This document shows, piece after piece, positions 1 to 13,200 of a stretch of DNA of 64,000 nt. The notes under the pieces were generated by a model. It was given only the letters and a program-made list of their open reading frames with translations, was not told the origin of the DNA and made no database searches. A program made the position numbers and the translations under genes. The DNA is from Rhynchobatus australiae (taxonomy: Eukaryota). Position 1 is the first letter of the stretch; every line of letters begins with the position of its first letter. The stretch is taken from assembly GCA_034780895.1 (NCBI GenBank), contig JAUZTB010000017.1, positions 27,517,233 through 27,581,232 on the forward strand, read 5' to 3'.

Positions 1-889
1 AACTCCCAACTCCGGGGTAATCTTGGAAGATCGGGAACTCTTGTTCGGCAGGTGTCTGGCAGAGACCACATGGATGTCTGGGCCCTGGATAAGCAAATGG
101 TTCTTTTCATCCTCCCCAAGCTGACTTTATTACATATTATTTATTACTTCTGAGCAAATCTGTGCAAGGTTTTAAAAGGCCTGGCTTTGCCTCTATTGTT
201 TCCTTGCTCCATTAAAGAACTGAAGAGCAAATATCACTTCATTGCCTCGTTGCCCTGAGCACCTAATCAGCACCAATTGCTGGAGCCACTGCATTACTTG
301 TAATTGGTGCTTCTTTGTCACTACTGAGATAATGCAGATTTCAAGCTCATTATTCACGTAATCACAGCCATCACAGCTGTGTTTATTCTAAGAGAGCATT
401 GTTACCACTGCTGTTTATGCCCATTATAAGGGAGGTTAGAATGGGGATACAATTCATTTACAAAGTCAGAAGGAGAGAATGCTGTCCTGAAAGAAGCCAT
501 ATCTTATACTGGGAACAAAGGGGAAATGCAGGACAATCCAGTCATAAAAAAAGGAAATTTCATAGTGAGCGTGGGAGGGTTGCATGAAAGCTGACGAAAG
601 AACATCCTCAAAGTTTTCTGTGTCTTGGTTTAAAGTCACACGGAGATTTATCTGAAGGGCAAATGTAAAAATTGTCTAGGAGTGGGAACTTTTCTAAGGT
701 AGTGATTGGGAGTGCTTAAACTTCATGCATCTTCAGGATCACACAGTAAAAGATGCACGTGGCTTGGCTGGTGCATACAATAATTCCCAGGTTGCTTATA
801 TTCAACTGGAGTAAACCTTTTCAATTTGAACGATAGTTACGGAATTTTCGGGAGCCATGCCAGTTTCTGCCTGGGCCATTAGATGGAGC

Positions 890-2330
890 TCTCATGGTGA
901 CATCACTTTAAGCTGACATGTTGCTCTCGACTGACCCAATGTAGTCTGTGCAGTGCAACTGTTCTGAACAAGCCATTTTCTCACAGACTCTGTAGTAACT
1001 TGCTCTGCTTTTGCTTTTGCAGTGCTTTTTACAGTTTCTTTACTCCTATGCAATTTTCCAACAGCCACACCAATTTCTGGTGCTGACTCATGACTGAGAT
1101 TCTGCTTATCCACCTTCCCAAATGTTTCCTTTGGGTGTCTATGTTTTTTCTCTTTTCTCTTGTGCTGAATCAAAGTTGGGCGATTCTGAAGGGAAGGACC
1201 CATCTGTTTGCTCGTTATCTGTTTCTGCTCTACCAAGTGTTGAGTTGAAGCAAGATAAGTTCATCCCAAGGATTCAAATCCAGTCCCTGCCCAACACTAT
1301 GAGTCTCTAGGTGTGGTTTGTTGCAATTATGGGTAGCTTGATCTCCCCATTATCTTGGGCTGGGGTTCACCTCATTTCATCCAGTGTTTGCAACACTTCT
1401 CCAGAATATGTTACTATTCATTAGTGGGACATCCATAGTAATGACTGTGGGTGTCTTACATCATTACGGAGTGATCTGCTGCAGTATCCACACATATTAT
1501 AATTCCCTGACCATTTATTTTAATGTGGTTATGAGCACACTGCTGTCTTTTGTCGTGGTATCATCTATAGTGTTGATACCATTGAACATGCATGTAATGA
1601 TATCATCTTTAGCTTCAATGCTGTTCAAGACATCTCCATGAATCTATTCAGTGGACAAATTTCCTTTCCTCAGAGCAAACTATGAATTAGGGTTCTCTGT
1701 GTCAGCCGCATTCTGTTTGCTTCTGCAAAAGAGTGCCAAATGTTTAGTTTTACTGCAACAGAAAGCCATGAGCTGTTTCAAATGGGCAGACGGAAGCAGA
1801 ATGGCTTTCTTAACAGGTTTCTTACCTTTTTCAATCATGTGATTTACAATTTTCGACAGCTTCCCACTGAAGCTATCCTTAATGCTATACGATTAGGTTT
1901 CTGCCTCTGTAGCTTTGCCCTAAGTTCTGGACTTCAAGCTGACTGAAGCATCTTCACATTTCCCGGTTGAAAACACAACTCTCATTCCCTTCTCTAAAGT
2001 AAAATCTTGCATGCGAAGGAGTTTGGCCTGTATTCCCTTGCCACCACACTAATCTGTCCCTCAAAGCTCTGGCAAACAATCTTCTGAGATCACAATCTCT
2101 TGCTGAGTCCCACAGATTGACATTGTAGTCCACAACAGCCTTCTCTGGCATCTGGATACAGATACCGAACATGTAACTCTGAAATATTTCAGGTGGTGTT
2201 TGATTGAAGTGCACATTTAGCTTGGTAATAATTTCACCAAATGGGACACCTATAGTGTTAAGGAATTTTCTCGTGTGGTGTACATGTTGGGACCCACCTC
2301 TACTAATAACATGGCTTCTTTTCACTTGTG
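890..2330 (-). mobile_element. Decayed Ty3/Gypsy LTR retrotransposon internal region (gag, zinc knuckle, protease, pol remnant)
   Basis: Minus-strand translations in correct order. Gag-like LNVHFNQTPPEIFQSYMF...AVVDY...LWDSARDCD...LRDRLVW (ORF 1954-2325). Frameshifted knuckle HSASVCPFETA/FCCSKTKHLALFCRS (~1715-1805). Protease-like ICVDTAADHSVM (~1461-1496). Pol-like VTTESVRKW (~970-1000). Confidence 0.75.
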
Positions 2331-2789
2331 GATCATAATATTTTGTTCTTGAATACTATTGCCCACATTTTCACTCTACAATTTTATTTTCCTTGAATAA
2401 GACGTCCAAAAGGTCTGAGTAAATCCCAAAAATCTCTTGTTTTTTATATTTCTTGAGCATTTGTGTCATTTTTGCCACCAATCTTAAGGTAGCAATTTTC
2501 CTTGGTGGCTAAAAGACATATAAAACGCAGTCTAATTTGTCTCATCCAACTGCTACCTCTTAATCTCCATTTACCTCCTCCTGCCTTCTTTAAGAAACGA
2601 TATGCAGTATTAATTTTGTCAGTTTTCCTATTCATCTTTGTAAGAGTCCGTGCAAAGCAGGACCCAGCACAATCAAACCATTCTGCACAAAGTCATTATG
2701 TTCAGTTCACTTTGTCACATCAGTTATTGGCAACTATTCAAGTGGCTAACCTCCAGCCTCTGCTTGAAGCAAGAGCAGTCCCCTGTAAA

Positions 2790-2850
2790 CTCCACAAAGA
2801 TAGCACCCAATGTCAGGATTGAATCCAAGTCTCAGGCACTGTGAGGCAGG
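2790..2850 (-). mobile_element. V-SINE 5' head fragment
   Basis: Reverse complement ctgcctcacagtgcctgagacttggattcaatcctgac resembles the heads of the SINE copies at 7068 and 57860. Confidence 0.55.
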
Positions 2851-5689
2851 GACTTGACCAGTTGCAGCACAGTGCAACAGAGACTCTTAGTCAAACACAA
2901 AAGTTCCCAGGTATAAATCTGTGAGTAACAGTTTGTTGGTCCATCTTCTACATCAGAACTTTGAGTTTNNNNNNNNNNNNNNNNNNNNNNNNNNNNNNNN
3001 NNNNNNNNNNNNNNNNNNNNNNNNNNNNNNNNNNNNNNNNNNNNNNNNNNNNNNNNNNNNNNNNNNNNNNNNNNNNNNNNNNNNNNNNNNNNNNNNNNNN
3101 NNNNNNNNNNNNNNNNNNNNNNNNNNNNNNNNNNNNNNNNNNNNNNNNNNNNNNNNNNNNNNNNNNNNNNNNNNNNNNNNNNNNNNNNNNNNNNNNNNNN
3201 NNNNNNNNNNNNNNNNNNNNNNNNNNNNNNNNNNNNNNNNNNNNNNNNNNNNNNNNNNNNNNNNNNNNNNNNNNNNNNNNNNNNNNNNNNNNNNNNNNNN
3301 NNNNNNNNNNNNNNNNNNNNNNNNNNNNNNNNNNNNNNNNNNNNNNNNNNNNNNNNNNNNNNNNNNNNNNNNNNNNNNNNNNNNNNNNNNNNNNNNNNNN
3401 NNNNNNNNNNNNNNNNNNNNNNNNNNNNNNNNNNNNNNNNNNNNNNNNNNNNNNNNNNNNNNNNNNNNNNNNNNNNNNNNNNNNNNNNNNNNNNNNNNNN
3501 NNNNNNNNNNNNNNNNNNNNNNNNNNNNNNNNNNNNNNNNNNNNNNNNNNNNNNNNNNNNNNNNNNNNNNNNNNNNNNNNNNNNNNNNNNNNNNNNNNNN
3601 NNNNNNNNNNNNNNNNNNNNNNNNNNNNNNNNNNNNNNNNNNNNNNNNNNNNNNNNNNNNNNNNNNNNNNNNNNNNNNNNNNNNNNNNNNNNNNNNNNNN
3701 NNNGCCAGGTCATGACCTTTTTGTATAAATTTGAAAGCAACCCACAGATCAGTGTTTGCTTCTTGCTGTCATTTTGTTCTTTTAACATGTAGCAGTGCCC
3801 TTTCCCCTGCGCTGTCCAGGCAGATGTTGTTACTTGCTGATTGATTTATTTGGCATGAGGGAGGGGACCCCTCCTGGGGAGGGGGAGGGGATATATCCAG
3901 CAGGTCCTGTGAATTTGAAGTGGGAAAAGGGAGTACCTTTCACAAATCCTAGTGGAGTGAAAATGGTAGCTCCCCAAGGACAGGTTGTAGACTTAATTCA
4001 TAACCTGATGACTTCTGAGCTCTTTGCATCTCAAGGACACTTAATATCGAAGCTCCAGCACTTTAATGGAAATCCAGTCAAGAGTTAAACCTGGAGCAAG
4101 GGTACAGATAAATGATCAAAAGGTATCTGAAGTGAACCAATTCTCAATGCAGCCATGACAATTTTTCTTTGTCTAAAGGGAAAATAATTGCAGCTCTCTG
4201 GTTAAAGACAGAGGAATGAGAAGGAAACAACATTAGCTTGTGAGGTGACTGGCCAGCTTTTGTGCTATAGCATTCTGATTTTACGGTATTCAGTATCTTG
4301 TCCCCAATGTTGCATCGAAATGTGCCTTTATGGATATGTAATGCCAGAACATTTTCTGCATGTTTGTCTTAGTACTATCAGACTGATAGGGATTTGGAGG
4401 AGTGAGGTTTACCTGGGACTTAGATGCAGTCACTTCTACTTCCCTTTCAGTTGTATGTCCTCTTAATATCTGTTCATGAAAACTTACTCCATATTAATGA
4501 GGGCTTTCAAATTATAGCACTTTCACCCATTCAAACCAGATCAAGGGTAGACAAACTTATGTGGGCATAGTGCCTTAAAGATAAACTGTTTCAGATACAT
4601 AATTCTTGAGGATATTTTAAGGCAATTTTTTTCCAATGCGTTTGGATCAGCTCATGGGAGTAACATTTCTACTCCTGACTAATATTCTAACGACAATACT
4701 GTGTTTCAAACTTGAACTACTACAGGGTGAAAAAAAATACAAATAGCCTGTGCTCACATTTTCAGTGTGTTTTCAGTAGTGTATCCATTTAGTTTTCAGA
4801 TTTCACTTCAAAAAATATTGTTCCTTTCATATCCATTCAGTACCAAGAGAAAAGTTGCTAATTATTAAACCTCAATGGCAGAAAAATAACATCGAGGTGA
4901 CCATCTGTCATTTTCTATAAGTCAGTGAGAGAGCCCTGAAATCAGTGATAGCCACCAAATCTTAATCTTGCCTCTTTCTAATTAGTCTTCTCTCATTTGA
5001 GGGAGAAGCAGCAGCCTCATTTATACCCCATAGGTGATGCAATTCATTACCTCAACATGTGTAGGGTAATGGCACATCTCCAGGCAGCATTAAGGACAAT
5101 ATAACCCTGCATAATAGTTCTCCCCATCTAATTCCACAGAACACTGGAACTTGATGCCAAAGCTTGCTATAATGTGAAGCCCAAGATCTCTAATCATTAC
5201 CTGTACATTTACAAGGGAGACATTGTCATTTCTGAATTCCTTAATGATGGGACTTCTAGTGTAAATGCCCTGGAGTTGAAAGGAAGTCCATGCTACATCA
5301 CAGCGCAGAAAATGCATTGTGCTTGACTGTACTGATGCAGTCGATGCACTCGTTTACACATAATCAGTTCTTGCAGTATACCCTTCACAGCCTCTCCTAA
5401 ATGCTAACCATATTTGGGTTGTTTTAAGTGCAGGTGCCCTGAGATCGAGGATGAGGATGCAAATTAGTGTTCCAGAGAAGAGATTCTTGCCCCTCTACTG
5501 CCACCATCACTTATTCTACCCAACTCACATTCAGTGCTTTGCTCAGTGGATGGGTAAATCTGAGCTATGTTAATGCATGAATGGGCAAATGAGACAGCAT
5601 CTTGTGAAGTGCTGGCTTCTGTGGGCACTGCTTCATATTAAAACTCATGGAAAAGCTGGAGAAGATGTATTACAATATAATTGATAATT

Positions 5690-6112
5690 GGTTTATTATT
5701 GTCGCATGCACTGAGACACAGTGAAAAGCTTTGTCTTGCATGCCATCCAAACAGATCATTCCATACATAAGCACTTTGAGGTAGTACAGAAGGAAAAACA
5801 ATAACAGAATGCAGAATATAGTGTTACAGTTACAGAGAAAGTGGAGTGCAGGTAGACAATAAGGTGCAAGGCCACGACGAGGTAGATTGAGAGATCAGCA
5901 GTTCATCTTTGTCGTTCAAGAGATCCATTCAAAAGTCTTATAACAGCAGGGTAGAAGCTGCCCTTGAGGCTGGTGGTATGTGTTCTCAAGCTTCTGTATC
6001 TTCTGCCCAATGGGAGGAAGAGAATGACTGGGTTGGGAGGGGTCTTTTATTATACTGGCAGCTTTCCCGAGGCAGCAGGAAGTGTATACAGAATCAATGG
6101 AGAGGAGGCTGT
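5690..6112 (-). mobile_element. Rex1/Babar-type LINE 3' end
   Basis: Shares aacaataacagaatgcagaat...acagagaaagtg.agtgcaggt.gacaataa with the element at 49495-50250, which carries the coding motif. Confidence 0.65.
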
Positions 6113-6284
6113 ATGAATCGTAGCGCCATCATATAATATTACCCTGAACAACTTAGTGTTATGCTTCAGTGGATTCTTTGGGCAAAGTGTGCGCATAGGA
6201 GAGGAAAAAGTACCTGAAAAGAAAGTGACCAGACCTGGGCTTGAAGGAGAGAACCCCTACCCTCCCCCACTTTCAATTCCCATT

Positions 6285-6412
6285 GCTAGAAGTGCTGCAA
6301 ACACTCAATAGTTTAGTAGCATCTGTGGAAAGAGAAACAGAGTTAATTGTGTTCGAGTTATGTAGCCTGACCTGTGGAGTGTTTCCAGTATTTTCTGTTT
6401 TTATTTTAGATC
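6285..6412. mobile_element. Old Penelope-type terminal foldback repeat
   Basis: agaagtgctgcaaacactc...gcatctgtgg is inverted relative to gcctgacctgtggagtgtttccagtattttct; same architecture as 60106-60290. Confidence 0.5.
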
Positions 6413-6631
6413 TGTGCTTTTTTTGCTGTTCATGTACCACATGCTGTTGGTTCCACTGTGGCCTCCCTGAATAAAGTCAAAGCCTTTACATGAAACGTCC
6501 CCCCTCCCATCTTTGGTTGCTCCCTTTGTATTATGGAACACTCGAAGCAAAGTTGGGAGCATGGACAATTATACCAACTCTCCAATATGGATGTGAACAC
6601 TTGGACATGCACCCCAAAGCTTCATTGTAAC

Positions 6632-6775
6632 CATAGAACATAGAACAGTACAGCGCAAGAACAGGCCCTTTGGCCCACACTGTCTGTGCCAAATATGATA
6701 CCCTTCTGCTTGCAAATGATCCATACCCCTCCATTTACTGCTTATACATGTGCCTATCTAAAAGCCTCTTAGATA
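6632..6775 (-). mobile_element. CR1 LINE 3' tail
   Basis: catagaacatagaacagtacagc...aggccctttggcccac is the reverse complement of the CR1 tail at ~14390-14430. Confidence 0.75.
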
Positions 6776-7067
6776 CAATATTTGATATAATGCCACTAAT
6801 GTATTTTTTTAAATTTTCTTTTGATTTAAATCTGTTAATGATGTCATTAAAGATAACTTACCTGTATAAGTTGTTGCTGAAAAGTGCTCTTCATTGGAAT
6901 GTGCCTGCAACGGTATTCTAGGGGGGAGGATAAATATTGCAGTAAGCACTTGCTGCAAACAATATTGTAGCATGCCACTGAGATTTTTAACAGTGAGCTA
7001 ATCCACTGTTCAAAAGGTCATCCATGTGCAGCAAACTAAAACAATACCGAAGTGAAGTCAATTGTTC

Positions 7068-7410
7068 TCACAGTGGGATAGCTAGTGGAGTTGCTGCCTC
7101 ACAGCACCAGCAACTTGGGACCTGGATCCATTCCTGACCTCCAGTGCGATTGGTGTGGAGTTTGCAGGTTATCCCTGTGATCACATGGATTTCCCCTGGG
7201 TGCTTCAGGCTCTTTCCTGATTGGAAGGTTAATTGGCCACTGTAAATTGCCCCTGCTGAGCAGGTAAATGATAAGAGTCTGGTGTAGTTGGGGATGGTGT
7301 GTTGGTAGTTGATGGGAATGTGCAGAGGAGAGGTTACAGTGAAAATTAGTGAGGGGATGGGAATGCTCTAAGAGCCAGTATAGACTCATTGAGTCAAATA
7401 GCCTCCTTCT
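7068..7410 (+). mobile_element. V-SINE (tRNA-derived, HE1-like)
   Basis: tRNA-like head, central V-domain tgtggagtttgca...catggatttcccctgggtgcttc, then aattggccactgtaaattgccc. Confidence 0.75.
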
Positions 7411-9081
7411 ACATTCCCTGAGTTAACTTCCCTCTTCATATCTTGTGATGGATCAGTATATGACAGAGAGTGATGGATGTCTCTGCTCCATTCTGAGACT
7501 GATCAAACTTTTATCCCCATTATTGTCTCTCCCTTGGCCTGCTGATCTTTAAATTCTTTCAATAACCATGGCTATACTGATATATAAGCAAGAGCTGCCA
7601 AGAACTGACTTATTGAGGAGGATTGGATCAAGTCAGATATGCAGATTCCATTAGTGCTTGGGTTTCCTGATTGACCATTAACTATCAAAAATATTTTCTG
7701 GAGCCTTTTTGATGGCTTTTCATCACAGGCAAGGAGAATTAATGGGCATATTTCAACCTTTCACATTCTTCCTGTAAACACCAAAAATAAAGAGAATTTT
7801 CTGTTGGACATTTNNNNNNNNNNNNNNNNNNNNNNNNNNNNNNNNNNNNNNNNNNNNNNNNNNNNNNNNNNNNNNNNNNNNNNNNNNNNNNNNNNNNNNN
7901 NNNNNNNNNNNNNTGGACATTTTTAAAAATATCATTCACTTGAACTAATGCTATGAATACTCATTTGTTTAGTTAAAGATCTGTATTGGGTCCATAGAGA
8001 CTGCATGCAATTTGGTCCAGAGTTTAATTGAGGATTGCCACAGAAAAATTGCAGCTTGAGTGTATATGCCTTTGATGTAATGATTTTAGTGTATCACCGT
8101 ACTTCTGTTATAGAACCAAGGAGCACAGGCAATTTACTTCACACATCAACATACTGAATATTCAAACTGTCCTCTTACAATTGACAAACTGTGCTTAAAA
8201 TACTTTGCATCTTTACTCAACTGATTGTGGTTGTTTTCATGTGATGTAGTTCTCCAGTGATGTGAGTCTCTTATGGCGGAATGTTTATTGACCAGTTGCT
8301 CCCTACAGTAAAAGACAGGGGGCATCCCTGTGAGCAAGCCAAAGCAAGTACTAGATTGGCAGGAGGAAGAGCAACTCCTGCAGAAAGAGGGGAAGCAGAC
8401 ACATTGGTGCGATGGTGTGTGGTATCACATCCATCATTTCTTACAACCCAGGCATACCCTCTAGGGCCTCTTGAAACTCTTTGCTTTACTGATTACCATT
8501 TAGCAAGGGAGCATACAATAAGCTGTACAAGCCACTGCACCAAAACTTTGAGATGGCATCCAGTCCTGCCTGTTTAGGATAAAGACAAAATGTCATGTTT
8601 ATCCTACTCATACCTGACAAACTCTCTCTTTCTGCATTACCACTGTTGATATTTGCCAGATTAGTCAAATATTAATCAAAATGATGATCATTGCAGCCTT
8701 GTTTTTCAAGGACAATGGTTTTTACCACTTCCACAATAGAAAGAAAAAAAATCAGGGAATTCAACACTATTTATCAAAAACCAATAATACTTAATATTTT
8801 CAGAGTCCATCCATCTGCAGAAGAACGAGTGCCTTGAAATTACATTGTGTGGCATGATACTTTTGGGTCTTACGTGAAAATAAAATGTATAGGAAGGACA
8901 AAGATTTAATGCGAGTTGGATATGGTCCACATGTTTCTTCTGGATGTCTGACTCCCTGATGTACAGATGAGAATGGAATATACATTGGCATCTAGTGCAT
9001 GCCTAGAATTCACTTGCAGGACTTTTGTTCATGCATGTACAACCTGCTTCAACAGTTGGCAACGCATGCAAATGCAGAAAC

Positions 9082-9337
9082 GGGGCAGCACAGTAGCATA
9101 GCAGTTAGCTTGGTGCTATTACAGCACCAGCGATCGGGGTTCAATTCCTGTCGCTGTTTGTAAGGAGTTTGTATATTCTCCCGTGTCTGCATGGGTTTCC
9201 TCTGGGTGCTCTGGTTTCCTCCCACATTCTAAACACATACAGTAGGTTAACATGGGGTTTAAAATGGGCGGCGTGGACTTGTTGGTCCAGAAGGGCCTGT
9301 TACCACGCTGTAAATAAAATTTAAAATTTAATTTAAA
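9082..9337 (+). mobile_element. V-SINE, young copy
   Basis: A-box-like agtagcatagcagttagc, B-box ggttcaattcc, V-domain ctccccgtgtctgcatgggtttcctctgggtgctctggtttcctcccac, AT-rich tail. Confidence 0.85.
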
Positions 9338-9929
9338 AGAAACGATAAACTTCCAGGAACTCTTAAGAAACAGTTGGCTGTCAAAATGGATTTCCAGGAC
9401 ATCTCCAGATTGATGAGCTTTTATTTATTTAGTTACTTCTGTTTTCAAAAATTCTGCTTTGCTATCCAGCTGTTTGGACTGTGGAGGACAATAATCTTTC
9501 TGGACAGGATTTAAAAGGCTGTGACTGACTAGAACTTGGTAACAGTGCTGGGAACCTGTTCTTGGCAGGACACCGTTTTTGTTTTATTCTGCAAGGGTTT
9601 GTTTGGAGCAGCAGAGCACACAAGTACTCCAGTGAAGTGCCTTGATTAATTTTGGGCAGAAATGCCAAGGGAAACGTAAGCCCAAAATTGAAGGACTCTG
9701 TGGAGGTTTTGATTAATTTCAGCTTGCAAAACAAATGTATCCTTCATTAATGAAAAGTTCAGGGCGGGGCACTGTGGAAGATAACTGAAGTGGAAGAATT
9801 ATTTAAAGGGGAGCAGTAAAATCCGATTATTCACAGAAAGCTTATGTGCCTGCTACTGCACCCTGTAATAAATTTGTGCACTGTAATATTAGCATCCAAT
9901 GTACCCAGAGTACTTAACATCAGAATCAA

Positions 9930-10055
9930 ATCAGGGTGGAGATGATGAGCAAGTGAGAGAGAAGCAGTTACAGGGAAGTATGTGGGAGAATGGAATCTAT
10001 GATGTTGCTCTGAGCCAGTATAGATTGCGTGGTCCAAACAGCCTCCTTCCATGTT
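9930..10055 (+). mobile_element. V-SINE 3' half
   Basis: Similar to 7290-7410 (gttacag...gagccagtataga...caaa.agcctccttc). Confidence 0.55.
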
Positions 10056-10094
10056 AAAAGAAAAAAAACTTAAAGATCCTGAAAGGAGTGATAG

Positions 10095-10360
10095 CGTTAG
10101 ACAGCACAAAAAACAGTGCCTTCGGCCCAGCTCACCTCTGCCCACCAAGATGCCCCTCTAAGCTAGTCCCATTTGCCTGCATTTGGCCCACATCCCTCTA
10201 AACCTTTCCTATCCATGTACCTGTCCAAGTGTCTTTTCAACGTTGCAATTGTACCTGCCTCTACCACTTCCTCTTGGCAGCTCATTCCATATACCCAGCA
10301 CCCTCTGTGTGATAAACTTAGCTGTGTGATAAATCATTCCCCTCTCACTTTAAACCTTAA
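10095..10360 (-). mobile_element. CR1 LINE 3' end
   Basis: acagcac...ccttcggccc...ccatgtacctgtccaagtgtc...cctgcctctaccac; reverse complement similar to 14200-14420. Confidence 0.75.
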
Positions 10361-11639
10361 ACCTATCTAAACTCATCTTTACTCAAGATGTCAAAATAGA
10401 AGTTAAAATACACTGGAATACAAAATGATTTCACCAATTTACTAAAATGTCACACTATACAAATTAATAACTAACAAACTTTATCTTCATTGATGCCACT
10501 ATAAAACTTAAAACAATGTGTTTAAATGCTAATCTAATGAATATGCATCTCATATTTAAGATATGCATAAGTGACATACATGCAAATACCACAGGCTAAT
10601 TTATGAAGTTAATACAATTTAGACAAATTAGTTTACAATTAACTGTACAAAGCTGTATTTCAGCACGTGTAATCACAACATATCTTCACTGTAAAGGATT
10701 TAGGATCTAGATTTGCAATGGTGGTTGCAGTCTTCCTAATATTGTACTTTTTTTCCCCCCATCTAATTTTAAAATCTATAGCAAGTTCAAAATGTGAGCA
10801 GGACCATTTTATGGTGTTCTTGAATAAGGTAGTTTACCATACTGGCTACTTTTTCTAAAAAAGTGCTCACAACAATTAACTCTTGTCGGAGAGAATTATT
10901 GCTGAACCAGACTAAAATTTGAGATTTAGAGTTTGGTTCATAAAATGTTACTAGTACTTTTCCTACCATTCATTTGGATTGATAATTCTCTCTGAGTTGC
11001 TTTGGGACATTCTTTTAATGGCACAGNNNNNNNNNNNNNNNNNNNNNNNNNNNNNNNNNNNNNNNNNNNNNNNNNNNNNNNNNNNNNNNNNNNNNNNNNN
11101 NNNNNNNNNNNNNNNNNNNNNNNNNNCCTGTTACCACGCTGTAAATAAAATTTAAAAAAATTAGGCCTTTATACTGCTTGACAGAATTTCTTCAGTGTTA
11201 CTTGAAAGTGACAAAGCTGAGTAGATCCCATTTTCATGGTAGCATACTTATTCAGATCGTCTTCCAGCTGCCCCATACCAACCCATCCCCACCACCTTGG
11301 TAGTAACCCCAAAATTACCAATCTACACCTTGCCAACCTGACATGCCCCAATGACTAATCCCCACCTGTTCCATTGATATGTAGCTGACCTTATTCCCAC
11401 CTTGCACTTCCAATCCCTGCCCTTCCAGTCCTGGGACTGATTCCTTTCTGACCTGAGATTGGCCCCTATGCTTCTAATCCCATCCTGACAAACAGCTAAT
11501 CCTCCACCCTTTTCCCAAGCTTCTCTCATCAAACACCATAATGCTGAAGCTTGCCAAGGAAATGTTTCTCCAAGTGCTCAGCCTGCTCCTAGTGCTCCAT
11601 GCCTTGGGTTTTGTGCTCTACTGAATTGTCCAGCAACAA

Positions 11640-12005
11640 ACCTCAAATCAACTTTGTCCACCTTTTATTCCCCCTCCCTCCGTTATCTAGATCTGTTACC
11701 TTCCCCACCTAGTTCCATCTGCCCATCATCCCGCCCTTATCTGGTTCCACTTATCACCTACCATCCTCTGCCTCTGCCTTCCCTCTCCCCTCCCCCACCT
11801 GGCTCCATCTGCCCATCATCCCCCTCCTCACCTGATTCTACCTATCACCCACCAGCCCGCGGCTCACCCCTCCCTCTCATCTCTTTGTACTGTCAGTCCT
11901 CCCTCCATGCCCTCAGTGATGGAGGGTGTTGACCCAAAATGTCAACCATCCCTCTGCCTCCACAGATGCTGCTTGACCTGCTGATTTCCTCCAGCAGTTT
12001 GTTTT
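11640..12005 (+). mobile_element. Penelope-like element 3' terminus with decayed hammerhead motif
   Basis: Pyrimidine-rich duplicated tccatctgcccatcatccc, then tgatggagggtgttgacccaaaatgtcaac and cagatgctgcttgacctgctgatttcctccagc. Confidence 0.6.
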
Positions 12006-12224
12006 GGGCAGTGATTATTTAGCATGTGTAACCAGATGCCTTTCAATTTCTGTGCACTGGTCTTCCTCCAAGGCCAACTTTCCCCACATCAGTCAAATGT
12101 CTTTGTAATTAACATACACCATGAAATTATTACTTAATATTCTCACAACAATCTGAAAGGCAAATTCCTTGTTCATTCCTCCTGACCTGATCCAGTTACT
12201 GTCATTAACTTGTGGATAATGGAG

Positions 12225-13200
12225 AATATATTTGGATCAGGAACAGGTGTAGGCCCCTCAACCCTTCCTCAGCAACATGACGGTTATGGCTAATCTGACT
12301 GCAGCCTCAACTCTACATTCCTGCCAACCCATGATAACCTTTCTCGTCCATGCTTAGCAAGAATCTGTCTAACTCTGCCTTGAAACTACCCTAGGACTCT
12401 GCTTCCACAGCCCTTTGAAGTAAACAGCTTTAAGGATGCAGAACCCTGTGAGAAAAAAAAACTCATTTCTGTCTGAATTAGGCAACTGTTTATTTTTAAA
12501 CAGTGACCCCCTAGTCCTAGGTTCTCTTTCAAGAAGAAGCATCCTCTCCTCATCCACCCTGGCAACATCATCAGGATCTTACGTGTTTCAATCAAGTCCC
12601 CTTACACTTTTTATAAAGTCCAGTAGATACAAGTCTGGTCTGTCCAACGTTTCCCCATAAAACCTGGGCATTCCAGATATTAGTTTGGTTTAGTCTAGCT
12701 CAGAACTGTTTCTGATGCATTTACATCCTTCCTTAAATAAGGAAACCACTACTGTGCACAGTATTTCAAATGTAGTCTTGTCAATACCCTATATATTTAT
12801 ATTCATTTCCCCTTACACTGAGTGATAACATTCTGTTAGCTTTCCCATTAACTTGTTGTGCCTGCATACTAGCCTTGCCTGAATTATTCGCTAGGATATC
12901 CAGATCCCTCTGCACTCTACAATCTCACATCATTTAGATAATATGCATTTTTTCATTTTTCCTACCGAAATGGACAATTTCACATTTTCCCCCCATTATA
13001 CTCCATTTGCTGCATCTTTACCCACTCACTTAAGCTACCTATATTCCTTTGTAGCTTCCTTATGTCTTCACAACTTACTTTCCTACCTATTTTTGTACCT
13101 TCATCTGAGATATTTATAAAAATCATTAAAAGTTGAGGCCCCAACACTGCAGCAAATCACTAATTAAATCTTGCCAATCAGAAATGGACCCAATTATGCT
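12225..13200 (-). mobile_element. CR1 LINE 3' ~1 kb, decayed
   Basis: Minus ORFs MIETRKIL...MDEERMLLLEREPRTRGSLFK resemble the CR1 ORF2 C-terminus (DLIETYKIL...VDxERMF...RTRGH). Confidence 0.75.

Noticed and set aside
2832-3788. Long ORFs spanning N runs (also 35708-36368, 60781-61801 and others)
   Set aside because: They are open only because of assembly gaps (X residues); no coding evidence.
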